63,395 bases of DNA, filler included, from Octopus bimaculoides (GCF_001194135.2; 8 parts of 6 records of this genome joined end to end with filler, not necessarily neighbours in it), one strand, 5' to 3'; counted from the first letter of the whole stretch, positions 1 through 12,893 are shown. Notes: generated by a model not told the origin, from the letters alone. Numbers and translations are program-made.

Positions 1-463
1 ACAAGAACAAACAGAAGATGAAAAAGAAGCGGATGACGATGATTTCTCTGCTACTGGTGATGATTATGACGATCATGATAATGACGATCAGGATCATGAT
101 GATGTTCATGAGGATAATTGCGATTCTGATGAGGATGTATATAATGATTATTATAACGATGGTAATAGGTATGATAATGGAGCAAAATATCATGTATTGC
201 ATGAATAGAAAAACTAGAAAGATGAGAAATACGATAAATGTGATGGTTATATAGTTCATAAAAGAAACGTAATTGAAAATGATATACTGGACGAACATGT
301 AAAGAGAGAGTTGGAAAGAGTGAGAGACAAAGACATCGTGAGACAGTGAATGTTAAATTAGAAGGTAACTGTTTAGAAACACTACATCAGAGAAAGATTA
401 TCATTAAGACTGATTTCGGTTTATAATGTAGTTAAATTGGAAAAGTTCTTCATATCATTATTA

Positions 464-612
464 TGCAGAAGACTGAAATGCTTATCGGCATTTCGTCCGC
501 CTTATCTTTCAAATTCTGCCAAGGTCGGCTTCGTCTTTCATCCTTTGAGGGTCGAAGTAATCGGCTATCTCTTCCCCAACATTTCAGGCCTTGTACCATT
601 AGTAGAATGGAT
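464..612 (+). mobile_element. SINE family A fragment
   Basis: gaaatgcttatcggcatttcgtcc...ttcaaattctgccaaggtcggcttcgtctttcatccttt matches the full copy at 36284-36514. Confidence 0.75.
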
Positions 613-751
613 TTTTAGCAGTAGACTGTCTGTTTCATGAAAAAGTATACCTTGTGTCTAAAAAATGCCATCAACGACAATAAACAAAAGAGGAATAAAG
701 GATGGACAGGATGGGCAGGACGGGGAGAAGAAGTAACAAAAAGAACACGAG

Positions 752-909
752 GAAGAAGAAAAAGAAGAAGAAGAAGTAGAAGAAGAAGAAGAAGAAGAAG
801 AAGAAGAAGAAGAAGAAGAAGAAGAAGAAGAAGAAGAAGAAGAAGAAGAAGAAGAAGAAGAAGAAGAAGAAGAAGAAGGAAGATGAGGAGGAGACGAAGA
901 AGAAGAAGA
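752..909. repeat. (GAA)n microsatellite
   Basis: Directly visible; source of the poly-R/S/F ORFs. Confidence 0.98.
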
Positions 910-3900
910 AACGGACTTCATATGAAAAACAAAGAGATGGAAAAACAAGGAAGTTAAGAGAATTAATAAGCGATAATGTATGTATAAAATTAGAAATATG
1001 AGTAATATAGTTATAAATACACATATGGAATCAAGAGTCGTTATTGGTAATCGGAGATGGTCCACAGCTCGTCAACAGGAAATCACTTGCAAATTGTACT
1101 GTACACACATGATAGGCTCGCACACACAAACGCATCCACAAATCATGAAATCATATTCATACAGCATCACAATCACACCAACACGCGTTCGCTTTCACAC
1201 GATGGTAGAGAAAATAAAATGGACAAAGATACACAGAGAGGTTCAATGGAAGAAAGAGAAGACATTGAATATTTAGAAGGAATCGGCAACGAAAGATTAT
1301 CTACAAATTCAACTTACAATTTTGTTAAATTGGGAAGATCTTGGAAAATTCCATCTTCGGCTTTTGTAATATTGTTCTTACGCAGATATCTGAAACGTAA
1401 GAGTGAGGTGATGAAAAATAGTGAGCACATTTGTTATAACATTAAATATTATCACTAGTCAATGAAATAAGTGCAGGGTCTATAAGTATAGTAGCTTCAG
1501 TTTCGGAAAAATGTAGTAGGACACCCAATGAAATATTAAAAACCCAGTGAAAGTGTCATCACCCAATATGTCACCCACGCCACCGCCAAGAGTTAAGAAG
1601 GCAGAAATTAGATGAAAGCATTATAGTAAAAGAGAGAATATGAAGACATTGATGAGGATGAGTATGAAGAGGCAGAGAAGGAGGCAATGGAGAGGATGAT
1701 GATGATGAGTGTGATGAATTTGACGATAATGACTTTCATGTAAATGAATGATGGTGATCATCATAAAGGTAGTGATGACTAAGATGATGAAAGTAATTGA
1801 AGGGGAAAAGAAATAAACGAAAACGACAAAGACGCCAACGGTGAATAAAGAAAGAAAAAAGGATATATTGCTGATGACGTCGAACAGAAGGGAAAAGAAG
1901 GGTTAGGAATAGAAGGGGCAGAATAGTAAGAAAAAACTTGAAATTGATAAGGGTAATGCGAAAGGAAATAATCAGTAAAATATGTAAAACTAACGGAGAC
2001 AGTGTGGAGGCAGAAAGAGATGAGAAAGAGAAAGTGAAAAATCATACATAATAGAATTAGATGAAAAATGCGGATGTAGGTCATGAATAAGTAGAAGTAT
2101 ATGAAAGAGGGAGGAGAGTAAGTGGAAAATGAGAAATAAGAAAATAACCGAAAACGAAGACACTGGCAGAGATGAGAATGTAGAATGAAGACGATTATAA
2201 AACAAATGAAGAAGAATATACTGCAGGAGAGTAAAACAATAAACTAAATGACGATAAAAAGAAAATCAGAATAAAATAATGAAAGTAAAATAGCAGTTAA
2301 TGATAATGGTTATAAGGATTATGATTTCGATGAATATGACGTGATTGTTGAAGAGGTCCCTATACTGATGAGGATGTTCATGATAATGATGAGGATAATT
2401 GTGGCGATGATGGCGATGATGATGATGATTATGATGATGATGATGACGACGACGACAACGACGACGATGATGATGATGATAATGATGAGTTATATTTGTT
2501 GATCCACCTGTAACTTACATGTGTCGATACATATGTAATTTTGCTCATACCAATGTAATTTGGTTTGCAAAGTTACATATGTAGACACGCTTTCACTCAT
2601 CCACACACACACACACAAAGAAACATATGCGCATGCATGCATATCTTATACACTTTCTGTCGCACACTCATCTCCACACACACTCTCATTCAAATATACA
2701 CATTTTAACACATGCTAATATTTACACACATATAGATCAATGGAATGTTGTCAACAAAACTGATCCAACTCACAAAGAAATTAAAGAGNNNNNNNNNNAA
2801 AACTGATCCAACTCACAAAGAAATTAAAGAGGGAATATTTTGAAAGGCTCCAGCTTCAATGTTCTTGATATTATTTTCACTCAAGTCTCTGTAACGAAAA
2901 GGGAGTTGATGAGAAATTGTTTAGAAGAACTTTTGGATAAAACATGAAATATCATAGCAAAACAGTTGCAAGAAAAACAAGGAAGGAATAAAAATCAAAC
3001 AAGAACAAACAGAAGATGAAAAAGAAGCGGATGACGATGATTTTTCTGCTACTGGTGATGATTATGACGATCATGATTATGACGAACGGGATCAAGAAGA
3101 AGAAGAAGAAGAAGAAGAAGAAGAAGAAGAAGAAGAAGAAGAACTGCATGAAGAAAGCTAGTTGTAGAGTATAGAAGATAAATATATAAAATATTGTCCT
3201 ACGTCCACATTTAGAAGTGAATGTTATATTTGTTGATAGAGACCTACGACAAGGTAAGATATTTGCAAACAAAATTACACATGTACGCTTGTTCATACAC
3301 ACAGGGAAGCATAAATGCGGATACATGGAGGAATCTTATGCGCATTTTCTCACACATGTGCAAAATAGAAGTACAAACAGAGGAATAACAAAAGAAAAAA
3401 AATACGAAATGCAAAATGAAAGAGAAGTAAACGAAGACAAAGACATAGGAGCGGAAAACATTTGCAAACAACTTTGTAAACAACTTTGCAAGCACACATT
3501 GGTACGCTCGCATGCACTAATCGTTGTACACAGACATATATGAGTGCCTCCTTCCGCATAACTTAAATGCATATTGTCATACACTCATACACATTCATGT
3601 TCTCATTATTTACACACACATTAAAACGTACAAATATCGTCATATATTAACATTCACATACGCTCACATAGGACGATGGAAGCTTGCCAATAAGATTCAT
3701 CCAACTTACAATACTTCTAAAGTGGAAATTCTTTGNNNNNNNNNNATTCATCCAACTTACAATACTTCTAAAGTGGAAATTCTTTGGAAGGATCCCGCTT
3801 CAATGGTCTCGATATTATTACTAACCAGATGCCTGTAACAAAGACTGAGTCGTTGAGAAATTATAAAGAACAAGTTTGTGATAAAACATTAAATAACATT

Positions 3901-4817
3901 TAGATATGAAGGAATTGAACTTAGAGAACAAAATAAATCCGATAACGATGTTTCGGTTGACAAAGATGGTGATTAGGAGGATGATGAGGAGTAGGGTGCA
4001 TGATTTTATGCTGATGATGATACACAAGACACCAAACACATGTGCGCATACATGCACAAAATCTTAGACATCTATTTCACATACTCATACGTAAAAAAAT
4101 ACCCTCACATATCGGCACACACCAAAATTCAACGGGGCAAACAGCACATGCTACTCTTCACACACATACACCCGCATTTTCAAACCCATTGACATATACA
4201 GGAAGAGATATAGAGAGAGACAAAGTGTTATAGAATATAAGGATTGGAAGACATTAAATATTTAGAAATATATCGCTAATATTAAGTCATCAATAATNNN
4301 NNNNNNNTTCCGCCGTCAATATTTGTGATCTTATTATCAGACAGATATCTGTAACATAAGAAGGCGTTCGTAATAAATTTATAGAAGTACTTTGTTATAA
4401 ATATTACATAATACCAAAGTAATTAGATGGATGAATACAAGTAAAGTAGCAAGAACAAAACTGCGTAACTAATGATGATGTTTGTGATGACGTGGCATCA
4501 AATGATGATGATCATGATCATTACCATTGTGATAACGATTATGTGGTTGGCTATTCGGTTGATGCTGCCGATGATGCTGACGATGATGCTGGTGATGATA
4601 ATAACGATGATTATGATGGTTATGACGATGATGATTACGATGTTCCTGATGATGACGTTGATGTTAATGCTGTTGATGATGATGATGATGATGATGATAA
4701 AGACGGCGTTCATGATGATGCTGGTGATGATGATGCAGTCGATAATGATATTATGGGGATTATGCTTAAGGCGTGATTGTTGAATAGCGTCCTTATGCTG
4801 CAGGTGTTCATGATAAT

Positions 4818-7460
4818 TGTCGTGGCCAGAATCATTCTCACACCCAGGGGATCAGAAGTATGGACTTGCCGAGCCCGTGTAAAGAGTAGCGTATTGGTTG
4901 AGACGAGATGTCGATAGGAGAGGTTGTTTTGGATTCTCGCGAATTACGTCATGTGAACACGTTGATTTTACGAGATATTCGATGCTTGCAACGGACGTTA
5001 GAATTTTTCCAGGTTACGAAATCAAAGAAATAATCCATTAACGTGGAATACATATTGGCTTGCGTGTTGCAGTTTCACCAGCAACAACGACAGTTACAAC
5101 AACAACTACATCAGTAACAACAACAATACCAACAGTCACTGGAAGTAATTCTGAAATAGTCTGAAACACTGTGTTTGTTCTCGACAGATGGCATAGAAAA
5201 TTTAATTGGAGAATTTATAACCGAAAAGGTACTACTTTTACGCCTTATTTTAGGAGATACGTAGTAATCTTCAAGGAGGAAGGAAAACTTTGAATGACGA
5301 CAAAATGCGACTAATTTTAAGAACGTTATCCACTGCCGAACACGAAAAATACTATGATTATATTCGTCGATGAAAGAATTTAATTGTTATGGACAAATTT
5401 GAATGGAAGATGTTACCTCTTCAATACTTTTTGGTAGTATTTACATTTAGTTCAAGAATGATGATGAAGATTTCGTCACCTAAGCTGGGGTCGTTAACAG
5501 AGAATGTGAAAACTTCAATTGAAATGAATTAATCCCAGATTTGTTCAAATGTCTAATTTTTGTTTAAGGGTTACATGCAAGAAAAGATGATGATATACGT
5601 TTCTGTATATTAACAAAATTAGAACAGGACCAAAAATTAACTCTACAGGGGGTTGTCGAAGAATTCAAGAGGAATGTAAATTTAAGACATGCGCGAGTAA
5701 ATTTGAAGAAAAATATTGTTTTCAGATACATGCGTGTCAAACTGAGGCGGATAAGAAGAACGAAAAATGAACGTCAACGTCACATCCATGCTGTGGGTGC
5801 GGATACCTAGAAGTAATTGTCCTTTTAGAAATTTTAGAAGTCATTTTCTCTTGAAAAATCATAAATTATTTGAATGTGGAGAAATCGGACATAAAAGCTC
5901 ACGCTGTATAGCGAAATAAAAGAGGGTCAAGCAAAAAGAATTCTAGAAAGAATGTATTCCAATTGAGGCTGAGAAAAGAAAATTTGTTTCCATAAAAATG
6001 AATAACGTGACTATTAAGATACAATTGGGTATAGGCATTGGTATAACGATAATTAATACAGATTCATGGAAAATAATTTAGGGAAATCTAGCTTAAAGGA
6101 AACTTCGAAAACTGCGCGAAATGATAAGTGATGATACATATTGTGGAACACTTTCAAAGCCAAAGTTTTTGTGCTGAAAAATACAGATTTATTTGGAACA
6201 GACTGGATGGAACTATTTAAATCATGAGACCTCCCAATAACTACTTTTGTAAAAATACGAATGGTTCTTCTGTAAGTACAAATAAGGTGTCTGAGAATTT
6301 AAAAAAAGAATTAACAAAACTATTTCCTGCAGTTTTTTCTGGTGACCTAGATCTTTGAACCAAATCGAATGGTGCCTTTCCCAGCGTTGAAACAAGTCAG
6401 CGAAAAGTTTGATAGACTCCAAAAGCTTTGAGGTATTGAAAGCTGTACTGATATTTAAACCAAAACAAGTTTACGAATAATTTGTTAGACTTCAATATCT
6501 TTGCGGTATTGAAATAAATTATTACACAAAATGAGCGTCACCAACAGTTTTATCAAGAAATACAATAATAAAATTCGAGTATGCGCTGATTTTTTAATAG
6601 GATTAAACGATTGTTTAATTTTCACGTACTTGAATGGAGGAAAATCTTTTTCAAAGTTGGACTTATCTGAAGTATATTTGCATATAAAAGCCTATGAAGA
6701 ATTTTCAAAATTATTGACTACAAACACCCATAGAATGTTGTATAAATTTAATCGACTCGTTTTTGTATAAAGATAGCACCTGATGTTTTGCAACAAGTTA
6801 CGAACGTCATACTCGCATGTTCGGATTTCGCTGCAGCTTGCCTTGACGACATACTCATAAAAAGTGAATCTCGGCATCAGCATGCTGTGCATGTTAAAAA
6901 GGTCTTTAAAAGAATAAAAAATTATGGGTTTTAGCTCAGAGAGGAAAAGTGGGAATTTTATGCCAAGAATAAATTATCTAGTGCAGATTATTGTTAGAAA
7001 TGGATGCAAACGAGACGCCACTAGGGCGAATGCTAGAAAAAATATGCCTCTCCCGACAACCATTACAACGTTACATGTATGTTCAGGGCTTGCAAATTAC
7101 TACCAGTTACATTCAAATAGAAAACGAGGCACTAGCTATCATTTTTGCGATAAAAACATTCCATAAGTGTATACAAGTAAGACGGTTCCGTTTGCAGACA
7201 TATCACCGCCCATTATTGGAAATAGTGCCTAAATGGATGGAATATTAAACTTCCCTAGGAGGAAAATCGCAAAATGCGAGATGTGATGGAATGAAAAAGA
7301 ATAGATAAAAGTAATTATTATAACATCCAAGGCAAATGAATTTCAAAGGGGAAATAGTGTGATGATAGTCATTGACAACTATGTGGGATTAGACGAATGG
7401 CCAAGCCGAACTCTTATAAAATGTAGTGTATTGGTTGAGACTCGTTAGGAGTTGTTGAGA
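4818..7460 (+). mobile_element. Decayed Ty3/Gypsy LTR retrotransposon (K02A2.6-like gag-pol), integrase largely deleted
   Basis: Gag DDEDFVT*AGVVNRECENF...FKCLIFV*GL; zinc-knuckle remnant ECGEIGHKSSRC; RT KIRVCADFLIGLNDCL...FSKLDLSE (ORF 6531-6770) and CLDD (~6840); RNase H QIENEALAIIFAIKTFHK (6991-7248). 5' LTR TGT..CA 4818-5052 followed by TGG at 5056; PPT aaaggggaaatag 7345-7357 followed by TGT at 7358. Confidence 0.9.
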
Positions 7461-7814
7461 GGGCGTTGAGAGGTGATGGTCATGGTGAAAATAGCAAAGC
7501 TTTTGATCATTACATCGATGATAAGAACACCGAACTTTTGTGGTGGATAAATTCAAAAACGTAGAACAATAAGAACAAGAATGAGAAAAAGTGGAAAGAA
7601 ACGAAGGAGATATAAGTCATATCGGTCCATTCAAGTTGATGTACAGCAAAGACACATAAAACATTTGTAAACTAATTTGCAAACACAGGTTGGTACGCAC
7701 GCGTGCACTCATCCTTGTACAGAGGCACAATCATATATGTGTCCATGTTTTTCTACAACAAAAATGTGTATTGTCATACACACATATACACAATAATGCT
7801 CTTATTGTTACCCA

Positions 7815-7914
7815 NNNNNNNNNNNNNNNNNNNNNNNNNNNNNNNNNNNNNNNNNNNNTTAATTAATTAANNNNNNNNNNNNNNNNNNNNNNNNNNNNNN
7901 NNNNNNNNNNNNNN
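7815..7914. other. Assembly gap N44-TTAATTAATTAA-N44 (artificial six-frame stop linker); linkers also at 13204, 17642, 35676, 37864, 48940, 56606
   Basis: Identical palindromic 12-mer inside seven ~100-bp N gaps. Confidence 0.95.
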
Positions 7915-8095
7915 GTTTGTTTTCGAGTACAGTTCTAGTTTTATCTATTTGCTCTTTACAATACACTATGTCATGACTTTTACTCTGGATATTAAATAAG
8001 ACGTCAGTAAAAGAAAAAATGTCACTGAATACTTCTAACAAAAATAAGAAATCACTGGTTTGACAGACCAGTGAAGATAGAAGCTGTATCTAGAT
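7915..8095 (-). mobile_element. hAT-type (ZMYM1-like) transposase fragment
   Basis: Translation DFLFLLEVFSDIFSFTDVLFNIQSKSHDIVYCKEQI resembles the central hAT F..IF..T..L...LQ.K..DI motif. Confidence 0.6.
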
Positions 8096-8573
8096 GACTT
8101 TCCGTTTTTTTGTCATATTTATTGATTAAATATACGAATTCTTTGGTCACCCACCGTTTATAATTAATTGTTTTCCATCGAAGTCTCTTTTCGAAAGACT
8201 ATTTCTCAAAATATCGTTTATAACACACATTTCACTCATTTGGAAAAAAGTAACACACATGTAAGCATCTGTGTATATTGTAAGTATATTAAAAAAAAAA
8301 ACTGGATAAATGACGTCAGTCAAATTAAATATTTTTGTTTTCAGAACACTCCAAAAATATAATAGTGCAAACAAATGTTTTGGATAAAAGATTCAAACTT
8401 ACCGCCAGGCTGTTCCAAGAATTATGGCTAATTATAGCAGTTCCTGAGAACTGCTCTAGTTCCAGTCAGAACCAGCTAACAAAGAGATAGAGAGGTGGGG
8501 GCCATGCTATTATCAGAAAGCATTACTTCCTATGATAAATTTGTGGAATCACTGACAGAGAGAGGAGGGGGTC

Positions 8574-8880
8574 TTAGCATATCTTTTGACAGGTCACTAA
8601 GAGAGAGAGAGAGAGAGGGGAAGGAAGGAAGGACAAACTATCATAAATAGGGAGTTAGGGAGTGTCTATATGCTAGATTCTCATTGCATACTCTTCTCAA
8701 AGCTTTTACTAGTCACTGAGAGAGGGGAAGGGGAGATCGGTCCTAGCATATCTTTTGACAGGTCACTAAAAGAGAGAGAGAGAGGAGAAGGAAGGACAAA
8801 CTAACATAGATAGGGAGTTAGGCAGTGTCTATATGCTGGAGTCTCAAAGCTTTTACTAGTCACTGAGAGAGGGGAAGGGA
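8574..8880. repeat. Imperfect tandem duplication, ~170-bp unit with internal (GA)n
   Basis: tagcatatcttttgacaggtcactaa...ggacaaacta...agggagttagg...ctcaaagcttttactagtcactgagagagggg occurs twice. Confidence 0.9.
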
Positions 8881-8980
8881 AGACAGAATATTTCGAAAAC
8901 TGGATGGATTATTTTTTGCAAGAAAGTAACTATTTTATCTAATTTTCCGATTATATAACAAGGCTAAGACTGCACGCCAC

Positions 8981-9024
<44 letters not shown>

Positions 9025-9026
<2 letters not shown>

Positions 9027-9373
9027 GATGGGCTTCTTTTCAGCTTCTGTCCACCAAATCCAATCACAAGTCTTTGGTCAGCCTGAGGCTATGGTAGAAG
9101 ACACTTGCCCAAGGTGCCACACAGTAGGACTGAACCCAGAACCATGTGGTTGGGAAGCAAACTTTTTACCACACAGCTATGCCTGTGCCTATACACACAC
9201 ACACACAAACATGGTGGCTTTTTCCAATTTCTGTCTAAAAATTAACTCACAAGGCTTTGATTGATCTAGGGCTATAGGAGAAAAAACTTGTTCAAGGTGC
9301 CATATATTGGTACTAAACCTAGGACCATGGAATTGGGAAGCAAAATTCTTACCGCACAGCCATGCCTGTGCCT
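9025..9373 (-). mobile_element. Two tandem 5' halves of SINE family B (9025-9190, 9211-9373)
   Basis: Match to the tRNA-like head of the full copy at 22664-23070. Confidence 0.85.
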
Positions 9374-9799
9374 ATATGGAGAAGTTGTCATGAATTAGTG
9401 GCTGAGAGTAGCTTCAACTTGTGTTCAATTTGGTTTACAAGTAAAAGAAATAAAAAGCAAAATAAAGAAAAGTAAGAAAGGAAAGAATTACGTTTTGCAT
9501 AAAAAAAGAACATTGAAAAAAAAACATTTTCTGAATATGATTATATCAGAAAAATAATGATTTGTATTTGTGTGGTGAGTTAGAGAAGAAGTACAAGTGT
9601 AGTATTACATCCATCTATAACTGGGGATTAATATGTCTGTCTGGGTGAGATTAGCAATGCTGATTTTAATATTAAAAGTAGCTAATTGATATTAGCTGAA
9701 GAAATGCTAAAATATTCATGATTAAAAAAATAATGTTTTTTTATTATGTAGCCGTATATTATTTGCATCTACTAACCATCTTGTCACTTCATACAGTAT

Positions 9800-10027
9800 T
9801 TCACCCTTTAACATCTAAACCGGTCATACGTGGCTCAAATTTTCTACCCGTTTTATGTTGAAATTAGCCAGAACCAGCCTCTCAGACTTACCCTAATATG
9901 TCATTATCAAAATGAAGTCATACGTTTGAAATCTCGAAACTATGAGATAATGTATGATTAATTCAAAACCTTGTGAGCGAATAAGAATTACTTTTGAGAA
10001 AATAATCTGAATGCTAATACGGATTAA
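9800..10027. mobile_element. Degenerate piggyBac-like MITE
   Basis: Ends ttca-cccttta ... cgga-ttaa resemble decayed TTAA-CCC...GGG-TTAA; family recognised from memory. Confidence 0.45.
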
Positions 10028-10198
10028 TACCATTATTTTTAGATTACTTTTAAGAATTCCTATGAACTTGAGACTGGTCTGTGATATACAGTCTTAAATA
10101 AACAATTTGTTCTTAATGAATATATTTTTTAGCTGTTATAGAATATTAGGATCCACTGTGTATGTGCATACATACATACATGTATGTATTTGTATATG

Positions 10199-10428
10199 TA
10201 TCATCATCATCATCGTTTAACGTCTGCTTTCCATGCTGGCATGGGCTGGACATTTTGACTGAGATCTGGAGAGCCAGCAGCTGCACCCAGCTCCAATCTG
10301 ATCTGACAATGTTTCTACAGCTGGATGCCCTTCCTAACACCAACCACTCCAAGTGTGTAGAGGGTGCTTTTTACATGCTACTGGCACAGGAGCCAGTCAG
10401 GGGCCACTGGCATCAGCCATGTTCAGAT
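10199..10428 (-). mobile_element. RTE LINE 3' end with (GAT)n tail
   Basis: catcatcatcgtttaacgtc...ctggatgcccttcctaacaccaaccactcc matches the 3' end of the RTE at 14494-15883. Confidence 0.85.
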
Positions 10429-10469
<41 letters not shown>

Positions 10470-10705
10470 NNNNNNNNNNNNNNNNNNNNNNNNNNNNNNN
10501 NNNNNNNNNNNNNNNNNNNNNNNNNNNNNNNNNNNNNNNNNNNNNNNNNNNNNNNNNNNNNNNNNNNNNNNNNNNNNNNNNNNNNNNNNNNNNNNNNNNN
10601 NNNNNNNNNNNNNNNNNNNNNNNNNNNNNNNNNNNNNNNNNNNNNNNNNNNNNNNNNNNNNNNNNNNNNNNNNNNNNNNNNNNNNNNNNNNNNNNNNNNN
10701 NNNNN

Positions 10706-11103
10706 TAAAATCTTCCACCAGAATCTTAGTCACAATTTATGTTCCTAACACCTGCTTAATGATAACTAAGTTATTTTACTAAATTCTTTGTTATATTTAA
10801 AATTAATTGAAAGAAACACAGAGCATCTCAACAGAAATATGTTAATGAAAGGGTTAAAGTCACCATGATATTTTTAAGCCACTTGATACTAACCCAGCTG
10901 AAACTGCCTCTGGCTCTGTAGTACAAATGTCTTGTTTTCAAAAGTTCTGAATTAAAATCTTCCACCAGAATCTTAGTCACAATTTATGTTCTTAACACTA
11001 GCTTAATGATAACTAAATTATTTAACTAAATTCTTTGTTACATTTAAAGTAAATGAAAGAAACATAGGGCATCTGAAAATAAATACGGTAACAAAAGGGT
11101 TAA
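10706..11103. mobile_element. Two tandem piggyBac-like MITE copies (partial 10706-10857; near-full 10874-11103)
   Basis: Shared body aaaatcttccaccagaatcttagtcacaatttatg; both end aaagggttaa; second starts ttaagccacttgatac. Confidence 0.7.
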
Positions 11104-11380
11104 ACATGTTACCTGCTTCTCTTCCCATCCACATCGTTTCTCTTTTGGGCTTCCTGTTAGTCCGATGTCCTTTGTTTTTGCAACAACTGCTTTCCTCAAA
11201 ACACTGCTTTCTGGAACTTATTACTTTTGTCTTGTTTTGTCTCTGGATTGTGCTATCCTGCTATTTAGTGCCTTAAGCTTTCTGTCAAATCAACATTTTA
11301 ATATTGTGGGCCCCTTTACCTTCTTTGTTACCCTTTATGCTACAATGGCTTCAAGCCTTGTATGGGACAAAATTGTATGA

Positions 11381-11845
11381 ATAATAACAATCCTTTCTAC
11401 TATAACCACTAGGCCTCAAATATTTTGGTGGGAGGGGCTAAGTCAATTACATTGACCCCAGTGTTTCACCGGTACTTAATTTATCGACCCCAAAAGGATG
11501 AAAGCAAAGTCGACCCTGGCGGCATTTGAACTCAGAATGTAAAGACAGACGAAATACCACTAAGCATTTTGCTAGCTTGCCCCAGTAATTTTGGGGTTGG
11601 GGGTAAGTTGATTACATCAACCCCCACTATTCTATTGGTACTTATTTTATCACCCCCTAAAAGGATGAAAGGCAAAGTCAGCCTTGGCAGAATTTGAACT
11701 CAGATCATAGTGATGGCTGTGTGGTAAGTAGCTTGCTTACCAACCACATGGTTCTGGGTTCAGTCCCACTGCGTAGGCAAGTGTTTTCTACTATAGCCTC
11801 GGGCCGACCAAAGCCTTGTGAGTGGATTTGGTAGACGGAAACTAC
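11381..11845. mobile_element. SINE cluster: two family A (minus; 11381-11585, 11588-11710) and one family B head (plus; 11712-11845)
   Basis: Direct similarity to full copies elsewhere in the window. Confidence 0.85.
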
Positions 11846-12862
11846 CATAATAATAATAATAATAATAATAATAATGGCTAATTCCCTGGTTGAGGTTTTT
11901 TGGATGTGATGATAAATTCAATAAAAGCAGGTTAACAGAAATTGAACTTGATTATTAGCATTTTCATGTAATTCCTCCAGATTTATTTGTTTAGCTGACT
12001 GGAAACTGAGAAATGTAGGTTTTGGCTTTTCTTCAGCTTGCATGCTTTACTGCTTTTAGTATTACTTGCAGAAGCTTCTGGATTTATCAAATTTTCCAGC
12101 TACTGCAGCTTATTTATAATCATTACTTCTTTCATTGCTTGCTGCACGCTCTTTGTACACTGACAAGAATCTCGGCTTTCTTTACAAATACAGTTTGAGT
12201 GATAGAAGCATGGGTGTATGGTTAATTTGCAGATAATGTTATTGCCCTTGTCATGTCACATCTTGTTACGGTGCTAGTTTATGTCTAAAAATTTTCCGTT
12301 TCCTGACCTTTTAAGCATTATGCAATGAGATATGCAAAGCTGATACTACATTTAAAATTTACCTTATTAAGTTAATGTATCAGATCATAAACTTTTAGCC
12401 TTTCATTAGAAGATTACACTACGTTGCAGGTTGACGTTGCGAAGTGAATCTAAACCGCGAACCCATCATTATTTGTAATAACACATGATGTTTTCCAACA
12501 TTTGTACGCTCATTCTACATCTAACAACTTGCAATTTAAAACCGAAATGAGGAAACAAATGCCAAAGTAACGTCTGAGCCCTGAAATTACATTAATTCTC
12601 ATAATACCGTTATTTTGATATAATGATACTGAATGAAAGACATTGCATTTAATCCACATGTAGGAAATTAATATAACAAAAGGGTATGAACCGACATATT
12701 GATCTGGTATTTATCATTATTCTCTGAAGCACTGAAGCCACAGTAATTATTATGTTGCTTGAGTTAATTAAAATAGTCTACTTTATGTCATAGAAAAATG
12801 TATTTATTATTGAAGTTTAGTTGCAACGATAATTTTTTAATTGCCCATCATATATACATATA

Positions 12863-12893
<31 letters not shown>

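Larger units (their letters stand above)
1..4817 (+). pseudogene. Decayed tandem array of ~1-1.5 kb exon-like units (conserved ~200-bp core plus D/E/K-rich tract); resumes at ~7460-7814
   Basis: Core recurs at ~385-465, 1290-1450, 2736-2950, 3672-3900 and 4290-4410; 1-80 matches 2999-3080; 7650-7814 matches 3455-3620. Acidic frames are broken by stops and frameshifts (e.g. IKIKQEQTEDEKEADDDDFS near 2990-3050). Coding origin is inference. Confidence 0.45.

Noticed and set aside
637-1065. Poly-R/S/F ORFs, and similar poly-H/T, I/Y, V/C, N, L ORFs throughout
   Set aside because: They are translations of (GAA)n, (CA)n, (TA)n, (AAT)n, (CTA)n and similar microsatellites.
2756-2831. Exact short duplications flanking 10-N gaps (also 3696-3785)
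   Set aside because: Unmerged contig overlaps.
4492-4776. 94-aa Asp-rich ORF as a stand-alone gene
   Set aside because: Degenerate (GAT)n tract belonging to the decayed array; no independent gene structure.
7859-7870. Recurrent palindrome TTAATTAATTAA and ORFs ending in ...LIN
   Set aside because: Always centred in ~100-bp N gaps; an artificial scaffold linker.
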